Shown here piece after piece: positions 1 to 13,828 of a stretch of DNA of 64,000 bases. The DNA comes from Ranitomeya imitator (Eukaryota). The position numbers and the translations under genes were made by a program. Position 1 is the first letter of the stretch. Every line of letters starts with the position of its first letter. The stretch lies in assembly GCF_032444005.1 (NCBI RefSeq), contig NC_091283.1, forward strand, positions 311,364,001 to 311,428,000, given 5' to 3'. The notes below the pieces were generated by a model. It had not been told where the DNA came from. It was given only the letters and a program-made list of their open reading frames with translations, and ran no database searches.

Positions 1-179
1 GAATGAGAGGAGTGAGGGAGAAAATGAGAGGTGTGAGGGAGAAAATGAGAGATGTGAGGGGGAAAATTAAAGATGTGATTGGGAAAATGAGAGGCGTGAT
101 GGGAAAATAAGAGAAGTGACGTGCTATAACTAACCACAGATATTTACTATGCCCAGGCAACGCCGGGCTCTTCAGCTAG
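1..179 (+). mobile_element. 3' end of a non-autonomous Helitron unit, truncated by the window start
   Basis: Ends in the hairpin gcccaggcaacgccgggc followed by tcttcagCTAG|T; same 3' sequence as the downstream units. Confidence 0.8.
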
Positions 180-187
180 TATATATA

Positions 188-2347
188 TCTAATATATAAA
201 GCTGAATGTGTGTGTGTATGTGTGTGTGTGTGTGTATGTGTGTATGTCCGGGATTGGCATCTGCACTGTCGCAGCTACAGCCACAAAATTTTGCACAGTC
301 ACACGTCTGGACCCCGAGAGCGTCATAGGCTATGTTGTGAGGTGAAATTTTAACCCCGCGCGTTCCAATTCACCAAACAATTTTGTCCCTATCTACATAA
401 TGGGGAAAAAAGTGAAAGGAAAAGTGTTGGAGGCGTCGCAGCTACAGCCACAAAATTTTGCACAGTCACATGTCTGGACCCTGAGAGCATTATAGGCTAT
501 GTTGTGAGGTGAAATTTTAACCCTGCGCTTTCCAATTCACCAAACAATTTTGTCCCTATCTACGTAATGGGGAAAAAGTGAAAGGAAAAGTGTTGGCGTC
601 GTCGCAGCTACAGCCACAAAATTTTGCACAGTCACACGTCTGGACCCCGAGAGTGTCATAGGCTATGTTGTGAGGTGAAATTTTAACCCCGCGCTTTCCA
701 ATTCACCAAACAATTTTGCCCCTATCTACATAATGGGGAAAATTGAAAGGAAAAGTGTTGGAGGCAAATTGACAGCTGCCAGATGTGAACAAGGGGGACT
801 TAAAGAATGAGAGCAATGGCGCCAAAGAGTATATACCGTACAGTTGCTAAGGTGGGGCCCCGACATGAGATACTCACCACACACGGGGATATGAACACAC
901 ACACAAAATGCACCACACACTACCACGTGCTTGAACACATATTACCCTCAGCACACATTTCACCACACATACACCAACCTCGCCACATAAAAGTCGAAAC
1001 ACAAAAGTCGCCGCTCAAAACTCGCCACATTCAAAAACTAGGCTCACGCAAAACTCGCTACAAGTGCAAAACTCACCTCATGGAAAACTCGCCACACGCA
1101 AAACTTGCACACGCGGAGAAATTGCCACATGCACAAAAGTTGCCTCACACAAAACTTGCACATACTCAAAAGGCACCACACATAAAACTCGCCACACGCA
1201 AAACTTGGCATGCGCAAAACTTGCTGCACACAACTTGCTACACTAACCTGTCACATGCAACTTGACACACAAAAAGTTGCTACACGCATGTTGCCACACA
1301 AAACTCATCTCACAAAAGTCGCTACATGCGTGTCGCCACACGCAACTCAACACACACAACTTGACAAACGAAACTCGCCCTAAAACACACACAAGTCTGG
1401 TATTATCCTTCAAAAATAAAAATCTGATTAATAAGCAGACAAACTACAAGAGCAACAAATGTACCATATAGGAAATATGGCAGCTGTCAGTCACATGACC
1501 TGTCTATTATGTGTATGTGTGAGCTAATATATACAGCCAGGGGGAGGGCTTCCTGTTGGCTGGGGATTTATCAAGCTGCCAATTTAGCTTACAAATACTG
1601 AGGTAAAAATACTGAGCAAATAACGTGTGAACGATATATACTATATACAGGAGAGATGACACACAGGTATATACTATATACAGGAGGAGATGACATACAG
1701 GTATATGTTATATATAAAAGATGACATACAGGTATATACTATATACAGGAGGAGATTACACACAGATATATACTATATACAGGGGAGATGACACACAGGT
1801 ATATACTATATACAGGAGGAGATGACATACAGGTATATACTATATATAGAAGGAGATGACATACAGGTATATACTATATATAGGAGATGATGACATACAG
1901 GTATATACTATATACAGGGGAGATGACACACAGCAGGTATATACTATATACAGGTGAGATTACATACAGGTATATACTATATACAGGAGATGACATACAG
2001 GTGTATACTATATATAAGGGAGATGACAAACATGTATATACTGAGGTGAAAATGAGAGGTGTGAGGTGAAAATGAAAAGGTGTGAGTGCAAAATGAGAGG
2101 AGTGAGGGAAAATAGTGTAGTGATCGGAAAATGACAGATGTGAGGTCAAAATGAGAAGTGTTAGGGGGGAATGAGAGGGGTGAGGGAGAAAATGAGAGGT
2201 GTGAGGGAGAAAATGAGAGATGTGAGGGGGAAAATGAAAGATGTGATTGGGAAAATGAGAGGCGTGATGGGAAAATAAGAGAAGTGAGGTGCTATAACTA
2301 ACCACAGATATTTACTATGCCTAGGCAACGCCGGGCTCTTCAGCTAG
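188..2347 (+). mobile_element. Non-autonomous Helitron, array unit 1 (2160 bp)
   Basis: 5' TCtaatatataaagctgaatg, then (TG)n, 3 copies of a 167-bp repeat and a ~34-bp minisatellite; 3' GC hairpin plus CTAG; no Rep/helicase ORF. Confidence 0.8.
268..765. repeat. 167-bp tandem repeat x3 inside Helitron unit 1
   Basis: Monomer starts gtcgcagctacag at 268, 435 and 601. Confidence 0.9.
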
Positions 2348-2425
2348 TCTACTATATAAAGCTGAATGTGTGTGTGTGTGTGTGTGTGTATGTGTGTGTG
2401 TATGTCCGGGATTGGCATCTGCACC

Positions 2426-3590
2426 GTCGCAGCTACAGCCACAAAATTTTGCACAGTCACACGTCTGGACCCCGAGAGCGTCATAGGCTATATTGTGAGG
2501 CGAAATTTTAACCCCGCGCGTTCCAATTCACCAAACAATTTTGCCCCTATCTACATAATGGGGAAAAAAGTGAATGGAAAAGTGTTGGAAGCGTCGCAGC
2601 TACAGCAACAAAATTTTGCACAGTCACACGTCTGGACCCTGAGAGCGTCATAGGCTACGTTGTGAGGTGAAATTTTAACCCCGCGCGTTCCAATTCACCA
2701 AACAATTTTGCCCCTATCTACATAATGGGGAAAAAGTGAAAGGAAAAGTGTTGGAGGCGTCGCAGCTACAACCACAAAATTTTGCACAGTCACATGTCTG
2801 GACCCCGAGAACGTCATAGGCTATATTGTGAGGCGAAATTTTAACCCCGCACGTTCCAATTCACGAAACAATTTTGCCCCTATCTACATAATGGGGAAAA
2901 AAGTGAAAGGAAAAGTGTTGGAGGCGTCGCAGCTACAGAAACAAAATTTTGCACAGTCACACGTCTGGACCCCGAGAGCGTCATAGGCTATATTGTGAGG
3001 CGATATTTTAACCCAGCGCGTTCCAATTCACCAAACAATTTTGCCCCTATCTACATAATGGGGAAAAAAGTGAAAGGAAAAGTGTTGGAAGCGTCGCAGC
3101 TACAGCAACAAAATTTTGCACAGTCACACGTCTGGACCCCGAAAGCGTCATAGGCTATGTTGTGAGGTGAAATATTAACCCCGCGCTTTCCAATTCACCA
3201 AACAATTTTGCCCCTATCTACATAATGGGGAAAAAAGTGAAAGGAAAAGTGTTGGAGGCGTCGCAGCTACAGAAACAAAATTTTGCACAGTCACATGTCG
3301 GGACCCTGAGAGCGTCATAGGCTTCGTTGTGAGGTGAAATTTTAACCCCGCGCGTTCCAATTCACCAAACAATTTTGCCCCTATCTACATAATGGGGAAA
3401 AAGTGAAAGGAAAAGTGTTGGAAGCGTCGCAGCTACAGCAACAAAATTTTGCACAGTCACACGTCTGGACCCCAAGAGCGTCATAGGCTATGTTGTGAGG
3501 TGAAATTTTAACCCCGCGCTTTCCAATTCACCAAACAATTTTGCCCCTATCTACATAATGGGAAAAAATGAAAGGAAAAGTGTAGGAGGC
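2426..3590. repeat. 167-bp tandem repeat x7 inside Helitron unit 2
   Basis: Monomer starts at 2426, 2593, 2759, 2926, 3093, 3260 and 3426. Confidence 0.9.
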
Positions 3591-4459
3591 AAATTGACAG
3601 CTGCCAGATGTGAACAAGGGGGACTTAAAGAATGAGAGCGATGGCGCCAAAGAGTATATACCGATCAGTTGCTAAGGTGGGGCCTCGACATGGGATACTC
3701 ACCACACACGGGGATATGAACACACACAAAATGCGCCACACACTACCACGTGCTTGAACACATATTACCCTCAGCACACATTTCACCACAAATACACCAA
3801 CCTCGCCACATAAAAGTCAAAACACAAAAGTCGCCACTCAAAACTCGCCACGTGCAGAACTCGCCACATGCAAAAACTAGGCTCTTGCAAAACTCGCCAC
3901 AAGTGCAAAATTCTCCTCATGAAAAACTCGCCACACGCAAAACTTGCACACGCGGAAAAATTGCCACATGCACAAAAGTTGCACATACTCAAAAGGCACC
4001 ACACATAATACTCGCAACGCGCAAAACTCGCCATGCGCAAAACTTGCTGCACACAACTTGCTACACTAACCTGTCACATGTAACTCGACACACAAATAGT
4101 TGCTACACGCATGTTGCTACACAAAACTCATCTCACAAAAGTCGCTACATGCATGTCGCCACACGCAACTCAACACACACAACTTGACAAACGAAACTCG
4201 CCCTAAAACACACACAAGTCTGGTATTTTCCTTCAAAAATAAAAATCTGATTAATAAGCAGACAAACTACAACAATTGCACCATATAGGAAATACGGCAG
4301 CTGTCAGTCACATGACCTGTCTATTATGTGTATGTGTGAGCTAATATATACTGCCAGGGGGAGGGCTTCCTGTTGGCTGGGGATTTATCAGACTGCTAAT
4401 TTAGCTTACAAATACTGAGGTAAAAATACTGAGCAAATAACGTGTGAACGAGGTCTAAT

Positions 4460-5085
4460 CCAGGAGGAGATGACACACAGGTATATACTATATACAGGGG
4501 AGATGACACACAGATATATACTATATACAGGAGAGATGACACACAGGTATATACTATATAGAGGAGGAGATGACATATAGGTACATATATATACAGGAGG
4601 AGATGAAATACAGGTATATACTATATACAGGAGGAGATGACATACAGGTATATGCTATATATAGAAGATGACATGCAGGTATATACTATATGCAGGAGGA
4701 GATGACACTCAGATATATACTATATACAGGGGAGATGACACACAGGTATATACTATATACAGGAGGAGATGACATACAGGTATATGCTATATATAGAAGA
4801 TGACATGCAGGTATATACTATATGCAGGAGGAGATGACACTCAGATATATACTATATACAGGGGAGATGACACACAGGTATATACTATATACAGGAGGAG
4901 ATGACATACAGGTATATACTATATATAGAAGGAGATGACATTCAGGTATATACTATATATAGGGGAGATGACACACAGCAGGTATATACTATATACAGAG
5001 GAGATGACATACAGGTATATACTATATACAGGAGATGACATACAGATGTATACTATATATAAGGGAGATGACAAACATGTATATA
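4460..5085. repeat. ~34-bp minisatellite (caggtatatactatatacaggaggagatgacata), present in every full-size Helitron copy
   Basis: Also at about 1645-2030, 7845-8470, 10440-11060 and 17750-18410; boundaries approximate. Confidence 0.85.
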
Positions 5086-5400
5086 CTGAGGTGATGAGGT
5101 GAAAATGAGAGGTGTGATGTGAAAATGAAAAGGTGTGAGTGCAAAATGAGAGGAGTGAGGGAAAATAGTGGAGTGATCAGAAAATGACAGATGTGAGGTT
5201 GAAATGACAAGTGTTAGGGGGGAATGAGAGGAGTGAGGGAGAAAATGAGAGGTGTGAGGGAGAAAATGAGAGATGTGAGGGGGAAAATGAAAGATGTGAT
5301 TGGGAAAATGAGAGGCGTGATGGGAAAATAAGAGAAGTTAGGTGCTATAACTAACCACAGATATTTACTATGCCCAGGCAACGCAGGGCTCTTCAGCTAA

Positions 5401-8400
5401 TCTACTATATAAAGCTGAATGTGTGTATGTGTGTGTGTATGTGTGTGTGTGTGTATGTCCGGGATTGGCATCTGCACCGTCGCAGCTACAGCCACAAAAT
5501 TTTGCACAGTCACACATCTGGACCCCGAGAGCGTCATAGGCTACGTTGTGAGGTGAAATTTTAACCCCGCGCGTTCCAATTCACCAAACAATTTTGCCCC
5601 ATCTACATAATGGGGAAAAAAGTGAAAGGAAAAGTGTTGGAGGCGTCGCAGCTACAGAAACAAAATTTTGCACAGTCACACATCTGGACCCCGAGAGCGT
5701 CATAGGCTATGTTGTGAGGAGAAATTTTAACCCTGCGCTTTCCAATTCACCAAACAATTTTGCCCCTATCTACATAATGGGGAAAAAGTGAAATGAAAAG
5801 TGTTGGAGGAGTCGCAGCTACAGCAACAAAATTTTGCACAGTCACACGTCTGGACCATGAGAGCGTCATAGGCTACGTTGTGAGGTGAAATTTTAACCCC
5901 GCGCTTTCCAATTCACCAAACAATTTTGCCCCTATCTACATAATGGGGAAAAAAGTGAATGGAAAAGTGTTGGAAGCGTCGCAGCTACAGCAACAAAATT
6001 TTGCACAGTCACACGTCTGGACCCTGAGAGCGTAACAGGCTACGTTGTGAGGTGAAATTTTAACCCCGCGCGTTCCAATTCACCAAACAATTTTGCCCCT
6101 ATCTACATAATGGGGAAAAAGTGAAAGGAAAAGTGTTGGAGGCGTCGCAGCTACAACCACAAAATTTTGCACAGTCACATGTCTGGACCCCGAGAACGTC
6201 ATAGGCTATATTGTGAGGCGAAATTTTAACCCCGCACGTTCCAATTCACGAAACAATTTTGCCCCTATCTACATAATGGGGAAAAAAGTGAAAGGAAAAG
6301 TGTTGGAGGCGTCGCAGCTACAGAAACAAAATTTTGCACAGTCACACGTCTGGACCCCGAGAGCGTCATAGGCTATATTGTGAGGCGATATTTTAACCCA
6401 GCGCGTTCCAATTCACCAAACAATTTTGCCCCTATCTACATAATGGGGAAAAAAGTGAAAGGAAAAGTGTTGGAAGCGTCGCAGCTACAGCAACAAAATT
6501 TTGCACAGTCACACGTCTGGACCCCGAAAGCGTCATAGGCTATGTTGTGAGGTGAAATATTAACCCCGCGCTTTCCAATTCACCAAACAATTTTGCCCCT
6601 ATCTACATAATGGGGAAAAAAGTGAAAGGAAAAGTGTTGGAGGCGTCGCAGCTACAGAAACAAAATTTTGCACAGTCACATGTCGGGACCCTGAGAGCGT
6701 CATAGGCTTCGTTGTGAGGTGAAATTTTAACCCCGCGCGTTCCAATTCACCAAACAATTTTGCCCCTATCTACATAATGGGGAAAAAGTGAAAGGAAAAG
6801 TGTTGGAAGCGTCGCAGCTACAGCAACAAAATTTTGCACAGTCACACGTCTGGACCCCGAGAGCGTCATAGGCTATGTTGTGAGGTGAAATTTTAACCCC
6901 GCGCTTTCCAATTCACCAAACAATTTTGCCCCTATCTACATAATGGGAAAAAATGAAAGGAAAAGTGTAGGAGGCAAATTGACAGCTGCCAGATGTGAAC
7001 AAGGGGGACTTAAAGAATGAGAGCGATGGCGCCAAAGAGTATATACCGATCAGTTGCTAAGGTGGGGCCTCGACATGGGATACTCACCACACACGGGGAT
7101 ATGAACACACACAAAATGCGCCACACACTACCACGTGCTTGAACACATATTACCCTCAGCACACATTTCACCACAAATACACCAACCTCGCCACATAAAA
7201 GTCAAAACACAAAAGTCGCCACTCAAAACTCGCCACGTGCAGAACTCGCCACATGCAAAAACTAGGCTCTTGCAAAACTCGCCACAAGTGCAAAATTCTC
7301 CTCATGAAAAACTCGCCACACGCAAAACTTGCACACGCGGAAAAATTGCCACATGCACAAAAGTTGCACATACTCAAAAGGCACCACACATAATACTCGC
7401 AACGCGCAAAACTCGCCATGCGCAAAACTTGCTGCACACAACTTGCTACACTAACCTGTCACATGTAACTCGACACACAAATAGTTGCTACACGCATGTT
7501 GCTACACAAAACTCATCTCACAAAAGTCGCTACATGCATGTCGCCACACGCAACTCAACACACACAACTTGACAAACGAAACTCGCCCTAAAACACACAC
7601 AAGTCTGGTATTATCCTTCAAAAATAAAAATCTGATTAATAAGCAGACAAACTACAACAATTGCACCATATAGGAAATACGGCAGCTGTCAGTCACATGA
7701 CCTGTCTATTATGTGTATGTGTGAGCTAATATATACTGCCAGGGGGAGGGCTTCCTGTTGGCTGGGGATTTATCAGACTGCTAATTTAGCTTACAAATAC
7801 TGAGGTAAAAATACTGAGCAAATAACGTGTGAACGAGGTCTAATCCAGGAGGAGATGACACACAGGTATATACTATATACAGGGGAGATGACACACAGAT
7901 ATATACTATATACAGGAGAGATGACACACAGGTATATACTATATAGAGGAGGAGATGACATATAGGTACATATATATACAGGAGGAGATGAAATACAGGT
8001 ATATACTATATACAGGAGGAGATGACATACAGGTATATGCTATATATAGAAGATGACATGCAGGTATATACTATATGCAGGAGGAGATGACACTCAGATA
8101 TATACTATATACAGGGGAGATGACACACAGGTATATACTATATACAGGAGGAGATGACATACAGGTATATGCTATATATAGAAGATGACATGCAGGTATA
8201 TACTATATGCAGGAGATGACACTCAGATATATACTATATACAGGGGAGATGACACACAGGTATATACTATATACAGGAGGAGATGACATACAGGTATATA
8301 CTATATATAGAAGGAGATGACATTCAGGTATATACTATATATAGGGGAGATGACACACAGCAGGTATATACTATATACAGAGGAGATGACATACAGGTAT

Positions 8401-8782
8401 ATACTATATACAGGAGATGACATACAGATGTATACTATATATAAGGGAGATGACAAACATGTATATACTGAGGTGATGAGGTGAAAATGAGAGGTGTGAT
8501 GTGAAAATGAAAAGGTGTGAGTGCAAAATGAGAGGAGTGAGGGAAAATAGTGGAGTGATCAGAAAATGACAGATGTGAGGTTGAAATGACAAGTGTTAGG
8601 GGGGAATGAGAGGAGTGAGGGAGAAAATGAGAGGTGTGAGGGAGAAAATGAGAGATGTGAGGGGGAAAATGAAAGATGTGATTGGGAAAATGAGAGGCGT
8701 GATGGGAAAATAAGAGAAGTTAGGTGCTATAACTAACCACAGATATTTACTATGCCCAGGCAACGCAGGGCTCTTCAGCTAA
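5401..8782 (+). mobile_element. Non-autonomous Helitron, array unit 3 (3382 bp)
   Basis: TC start directly after CTAA; 9 copies of the 167-bp repeat; ends in CTAA like unit 2. Confidence 0.8.
5479..6975. repeat. 167-bp tandem repeat x9 inside Helitron unit 3
   Basis: Monomer starts at 5479, 5645, 5811, 5978, 6144, 6311, 6478, 6645 and 6811. Confidence 0.9.
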
Positions 8783-11368
8783 TCTACTATATAAAGCTGA
8801 ATGTGTGTATGTGTGTGTGTATGTGTGTGTGTGTGTATGTCCGGGATTGGCATCTGCACCGTCGCAGCTACAGCCACAAAATTTTGCACAGTCACACGTC
8901 TGGACCCCGAGAGCGTCATAGGCTACGTTGTGAGGTGAAATTTTAACCCCGCGCGTTCCAATTCACCAAACAATTTTGCCCCATCTACATAATGGGGAAA
9001 AAAGTGAAAGGAAAAGTGTTGGAGGCGTCGCAGCTACAGAAACAAAATTTTGCACAGTCACACGTCTGGACCCTGAGAGCGTCATAGGCTACGTTGTGAG
9101 GAGAAATTTTAACCCCGCGCTTTCCAATTCACCAAAGAATTTTGCCCCTATCTACATAATGGGGAAAAAGTGAAATGAAAAGTGTTGGAGGAGTCGCAGC
9201 TACAGCAACAAAATTTTGCACAGTCACACGTCTGGACCATGAGAGCGTCATAGGCTACGTTGTGAGGTGAAATTTTAACCCCGCGCTTTCCAATTCACCA
9301 AACAATTTTGCCCCTATCTACATGATGGGGAAAAAAGTGAAAGGAAAAGTGTTGGAGGCGTCGCAGCTACAGAAACAAAATTTTGCACAGTCACACGTCT
9401 GGACCCTGAGAGCGTCATAGGCTACGTTGTGAGGTGAAATTTTAACCCCGCGCTTTCCAATTCACCAAACTATTTTTCCCCTATCTACATAATGGGGAAA
9501 AGTGAAAGGAAAAGTGTTGGAGGCAAATTGACAGCTGCCAGATGTGAACAAGGGGGACTTAAAGAATGAGAGCGATGGCGCCAAAGAGTATATACCGATC
9601 AGTTGCTACGGTGGGGCCCCGACATGAGATACTCACCACACATGGGGATATGAACACACACACAAAATGCGCCACACACTACCACGTGCTTGAACACATA
9701 TACCACCCTCAGCACACATTTCACCACACATACACCAACCTCGCCACATAAAAGTCGAAACACAAAAGTCGCCGCTCCAAACTCACCACGCGCAAAACTC
9801 GCCACATGCAAAAACTAGGCTCACGCAAAACTCGCCACAAGTGCAAAACTCACCTCATGGAAAACTCGCCACACGCAAAACTTGCACACGCGGAAAAATT
9901 GCCACATGCACAAAATTTGCAACACATGCAAAAGTTGCCTCACACAAAACTTGCACATACTCAAAAGGCACCAGACATAAAACTCACCACGTGCAAAACT
10001 CGCCATGCACAAAACTTGCTGCACACAACTTGCTACACTAACCTGTCACATGCAACTCGACACACAAAAAGTTGCTACACGCATGTTGCCACACAAAACT
10101 CATCTCACAAAAGTCGCTACATGCATGTCGCCACACGCAACTCAACACACACAACTTGACAGACGAAACTCGCCCTAAAACACACACAAGTCTGGTATTA
10201 GCCTTCAAAAATAAAAATCCGATTAATAAGCAGACAAACTACAAGAGCAACAAATGTACCATATAGGAAATACAGCAGCTGTCAGTCACATGACCTGTCT
10301 ATTATGTGTATGTGTGAGCTAATATATACTGCCAGGGGGAGGGCTTCCTGTTGGCTGGGGATTTATCAGGCTGCCAATTTATCTTACAAATACTGAGGTA
10401 AAAATACTGAGCAAATAACGTGTTAACGAGGTCTAATACAGGAGATCACACAGGTATATACTATATACAGGGGAGATGACACACAGATATATACTATATA
10501 GAGGAGAGATGACACACAGGTATATACTATATAGAGGAGGAGATGACATACAGGTACATACTATATACAGGAGGAGATGACATACAGGTATATACTATAT
10601 ACAGGAGGAGATGACACAAAGGTATATACTATATACAGGAGCAGATGACCTACAGGTATATACTATATACAGGAGGAGATGACATACAGGTATATGGTAT
10701 ATATAGAAGATGACATACAGGTATATACTATATACAGGAGGAGATGACACACAGATATATACTATATACAGGGGAGATGACACACAGGTATATACTATAT
10801 ACAGGAGGAGATGACATACAGGTATATACTATATATAGAAGGAGATGACATACAGGTATATACTATATATAGGAGGAGAGGACATACAGGTATTTACTAT
10901 ATATAGGAGGAGATGACATACAGGTATATACTATATACAGGGGAGATGACACACAGCAGGTATATACTATATACAGGGGAGATGACATACAGGTATATAC
11001 TATATACAGGAGATGACATACAGGTGTATACTATATATAAGGGAGATGACAAACATGTATATACTGAGGTGAAAATGAGAGGTGTGAGGTGAAAATGAAA
11101 AGGTGTGAGTGCATAATGAGAGGAGTGAGGGAAAATAGTGTAGTGATCGGAAAATGACAGATGTGAGGTCGAAATGACAAGTGTTAGGCGGGAATGAGGA
11201 GTGAGGGAGAAAATGAGAGGTGTGAGGGAGAAAATGAGAGATGTGAGGGGGAAAGTTAAAGATGTGATTGGGAAAATGAGAGGAGTGATGGGAAAATAAG
11301 AGAAGTGACGTGCTATAACTAACCACAGATATTTACTATGCCCAGGCAACGCCGGGCTCTTCAGCTAG
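8783..11368 (+). mobile_element. Non-autonomous Helitron, array unit 4 (2586 bp)
   Basis: TC start; 4 copies of the 167-bp repeat; 3' hairpin plus CTAG|T, ending the array. Confidence 0.8.
8861..9524. repeat. 167-bp tandem repeat x4 inside Helitron unit 4
   Basis: Monomer starts at 8861, 9027, 9193 and 9360. Confidence 0.9.
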
Positions 11369-11379
11369 TCTTAAATAAA

Positions 11380-13824
11380 AAAGAAAAATGATTTTTGACA
11401 AATAAACACCTGAATATTTTACCACCTACCAAAAGTTCATAAAGACCCATTTAATCCAACAGGGCGCCCGATTATATCAGGCATAGGGTCATTGACTTGC
11501 TACCTGTCACACTACATAGATCTGTGTTGTGAATTCCGCTCTTGGGCTCCCTCCGGTGGTTGTAAGTGGCACTTTTGTGAGTTCTGCTCTTGGGCTCCCT
11601 CCGGTGGTTTTAAGTGGTATGGCTGCTCCTTGGATTTAGCAGTCAGCAGCTGCTTCCACTAATTGTCTTTCTGCTCGGCTATTTAGCCTGGCTCTTCCCT
11701 TTAGCTGGTGCCACTTGTCTATGGTTCCTGGTTGGATTCACATCTCTGCTTGGATTTCCCTGATATCCTGACCAGTTCAGCAAAGATAAGTCCTTGCTTT
11801 GCTCTTCTCTGTCCACTTGTTGTGGACTTGATTGTTCGGTACATTCTATGTTTTTGTCCAGCTTGTCAGTATGGATTATTTCAGTTAAGTTGTAAGCTCT
11901 GGGAAGCAGATTTACCCTCCACACCTTTAGTCAGGTGTGGAGATTTTTGTAGATTTTTCTAGTTTTTAATACTGACCGCACAGTATTCCGTCCTGTTCTA
12001 TCTATCTAGCTAGACTGGCCTCCTATGCTACATCCTGGTTTCATTCTACGTATGTCTTTTCCCTCTCCACTCACAGTCATTATTTGTGGGGGGCTATCTA
12101 TTCTTTGGGGATTTTCTCTGAGGCAAGATAGCTTTCCTGTTTCTATCTTTAGGGGTAGTTAATTCTCAGGCTGTGACGAGGTGTCTAGGGAGTGATAGGA
12201 ACATCCCACGGCTGCTTCTAGTGTGGTGTTGAGCTTAGGAACTGCGGTCAGTACAGGTACCACCTCCTTCAGAGCTTGTCCCATGTTGCTCCTAAACCAC
12301 CAGTTTATAACAGAACTGTTCTTAGAAGAACAGGTCAAGAAATTACCATCTTTCTAGCTACGTTCTAGTCAACTCATGGGAGGAAGACTGCATATTTATA
12401 ACCATGGATATTACTGCACTCTACTCTAATATAGAACATGATTTTTGGTATATAATCATCTGCACATTATTTAACAAAATAACTGATATGCCAGAAAAAC
12501 AAAAGGAGTTTTTGTTGGATGGTCTAAAGTTTATTTTAGAGCATAACTTGTTCACTTTTCAAGAACATCAGTATTTACAGCGGCTTGTAACAGCGATGGG
12601 GACTGGGGTGGTACCAAGTTTCGCAAATCTTTTTATGGGGCACTTCGAGTCCTCATTGTCAATTTGCCAGCCACCATATTGCCATCACATAATATATTAT
12701 TGTCGCTATATAGATGATTTGTTCTTTTTTTGGAAGGGTGAAGTGAAGGAGGCACAAGAATTCATTAGAGCAATGAACATGAACACCTGAGGGATCTTCT
12801 TCTCCGCAGAGTTAAACAAGGAAAAAATAAACTTTTTGTACCTAGAAATCAGCCATCAAAACAAAAAAATCACTGCTAAAACCTTTTTTTAAAAAAAAAA
12901 CTGATACTAACGGCTTTCTGGACTATCGCAGTTCACATTATCCAAAATGGAAACAAAATATTCCTTTTAGTCAGTTTCGCCATTTTAGAAGGAACAATAC
13001 TAGAGACAAAGATTATATAGAACAATCTAAAATATTGTACAATAGATTTATGGACAAAAAATCACTAAAAAACTTGCTATTGGGGCATACAAATCTAATT
13101 TGAAAAAAAGTCAGGATGAATGTCTCAGCAGGAAAGAGGCTAATGGACATCAAGAAATAGATAGTAAAGGGGAGGAAAATAGTAGAAAGTGGCGATATAA
13201 TACTGCCTTCAATAGTCACAACATCCAAATAAGAAATATTTTAAACAAATTTTGGTATTTGCTAAAAGGAAGATCCATTTTAAAAAAATTATATACCAGA
13301 AAAGCCCGGGATCACCTTTCGTAGGGTCCGTACAGTTAAGAGCATTATATCACCAAGTAACCTTAGAAAAACATTGAATGAAGGACAAAAAACAATAAAG
13401 AGAAAAAATTATCTAAAAGGCATATAGATGTAAAACCAGGGGTGTATAAATGTGATTTTAGAAAATACGGTTGTTGTAAGATCATTGGAAGTAATAGCAG
13501 ATCTATCACATCCTACAGCACAAAGTCTTTGTGATACATGTGATTACTTGTGCCTGTGGCCTACAATATGTGGGCCACACAACACAATCCTTGCGGGCCC
13601 GCATGAATGGCCACAGGCACAATGCAAAAAACTGAATTCTAGAACACAATCTATCCAGACACCTATGTGTAAAACATAATAAACAATTCAATGTTATTGT
13701 CACCCCAGTTGCTAACATCCAAATAGTTTAAACAGAATACAAACGCTTAACCAGAAAGAATCCTTTTGGATCTTTCGATTAAGGGCACTATATCCTGATG
13801 GGCTAAATTATGTGGAAGAAGGGT
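11380..13824 (+). mobile_element. Degraded Penelope-like retroelement (RT + GIY-YIG), interrupted by a solo LTR
   Basis: LPKVHKD...GRPIISGIGS at ~11425-11500; MDITALYSNI, AMGT..PSFANLFMG and RYIDDLFFFW in ORF 12404-12790; VITCACGLQYVGHTTQSLRARM at ~13530-13610; frameshifts and stops throughout. Confidence 0.8.
11525..12312 (+). mobile_element. Solo LTR of a Gypsy family (TGttgtgaattc...tataaCA, 788 bp)
   Basis: TG...CA ends; homologous to the LTR at 55292-61272 and the reverse copy at 49406-50217; removing it restores PLE RT continuity (YIDL|FLEEQVKK); flanks gatctg / gaactg. Confidence 0.8.
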
Positions 13825-13828
13825 TTAA

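Larger units (their letters stand above)
2348..5400 (+). mobile_element. Non-autonomous Helitron, array unit 2 (3053 bp)
   Basis: Starts TCtactatataaag directly after the CTAG of unit 1; 7 copies of the 167-bp repeat; ends gcaacgcagggctcttcagCTAA (CTRR). Confidence 0.8.

Noticed and set aside
2426-6975. Regularly spaced 167-bp repeats considered as a CRISPR array
   Set aside because: Monomers are contiguous with no unique spacers, there are no cas genes and the context is eukaryotic.
726-11349. Dozens of 60-150 aa ORFs rich in H/T/K or C/V/Y, repeated in each unit
   Set aside because: They are translations of low-complexity Helitron internal repeats; no domain motifs, and frames differ between copies.
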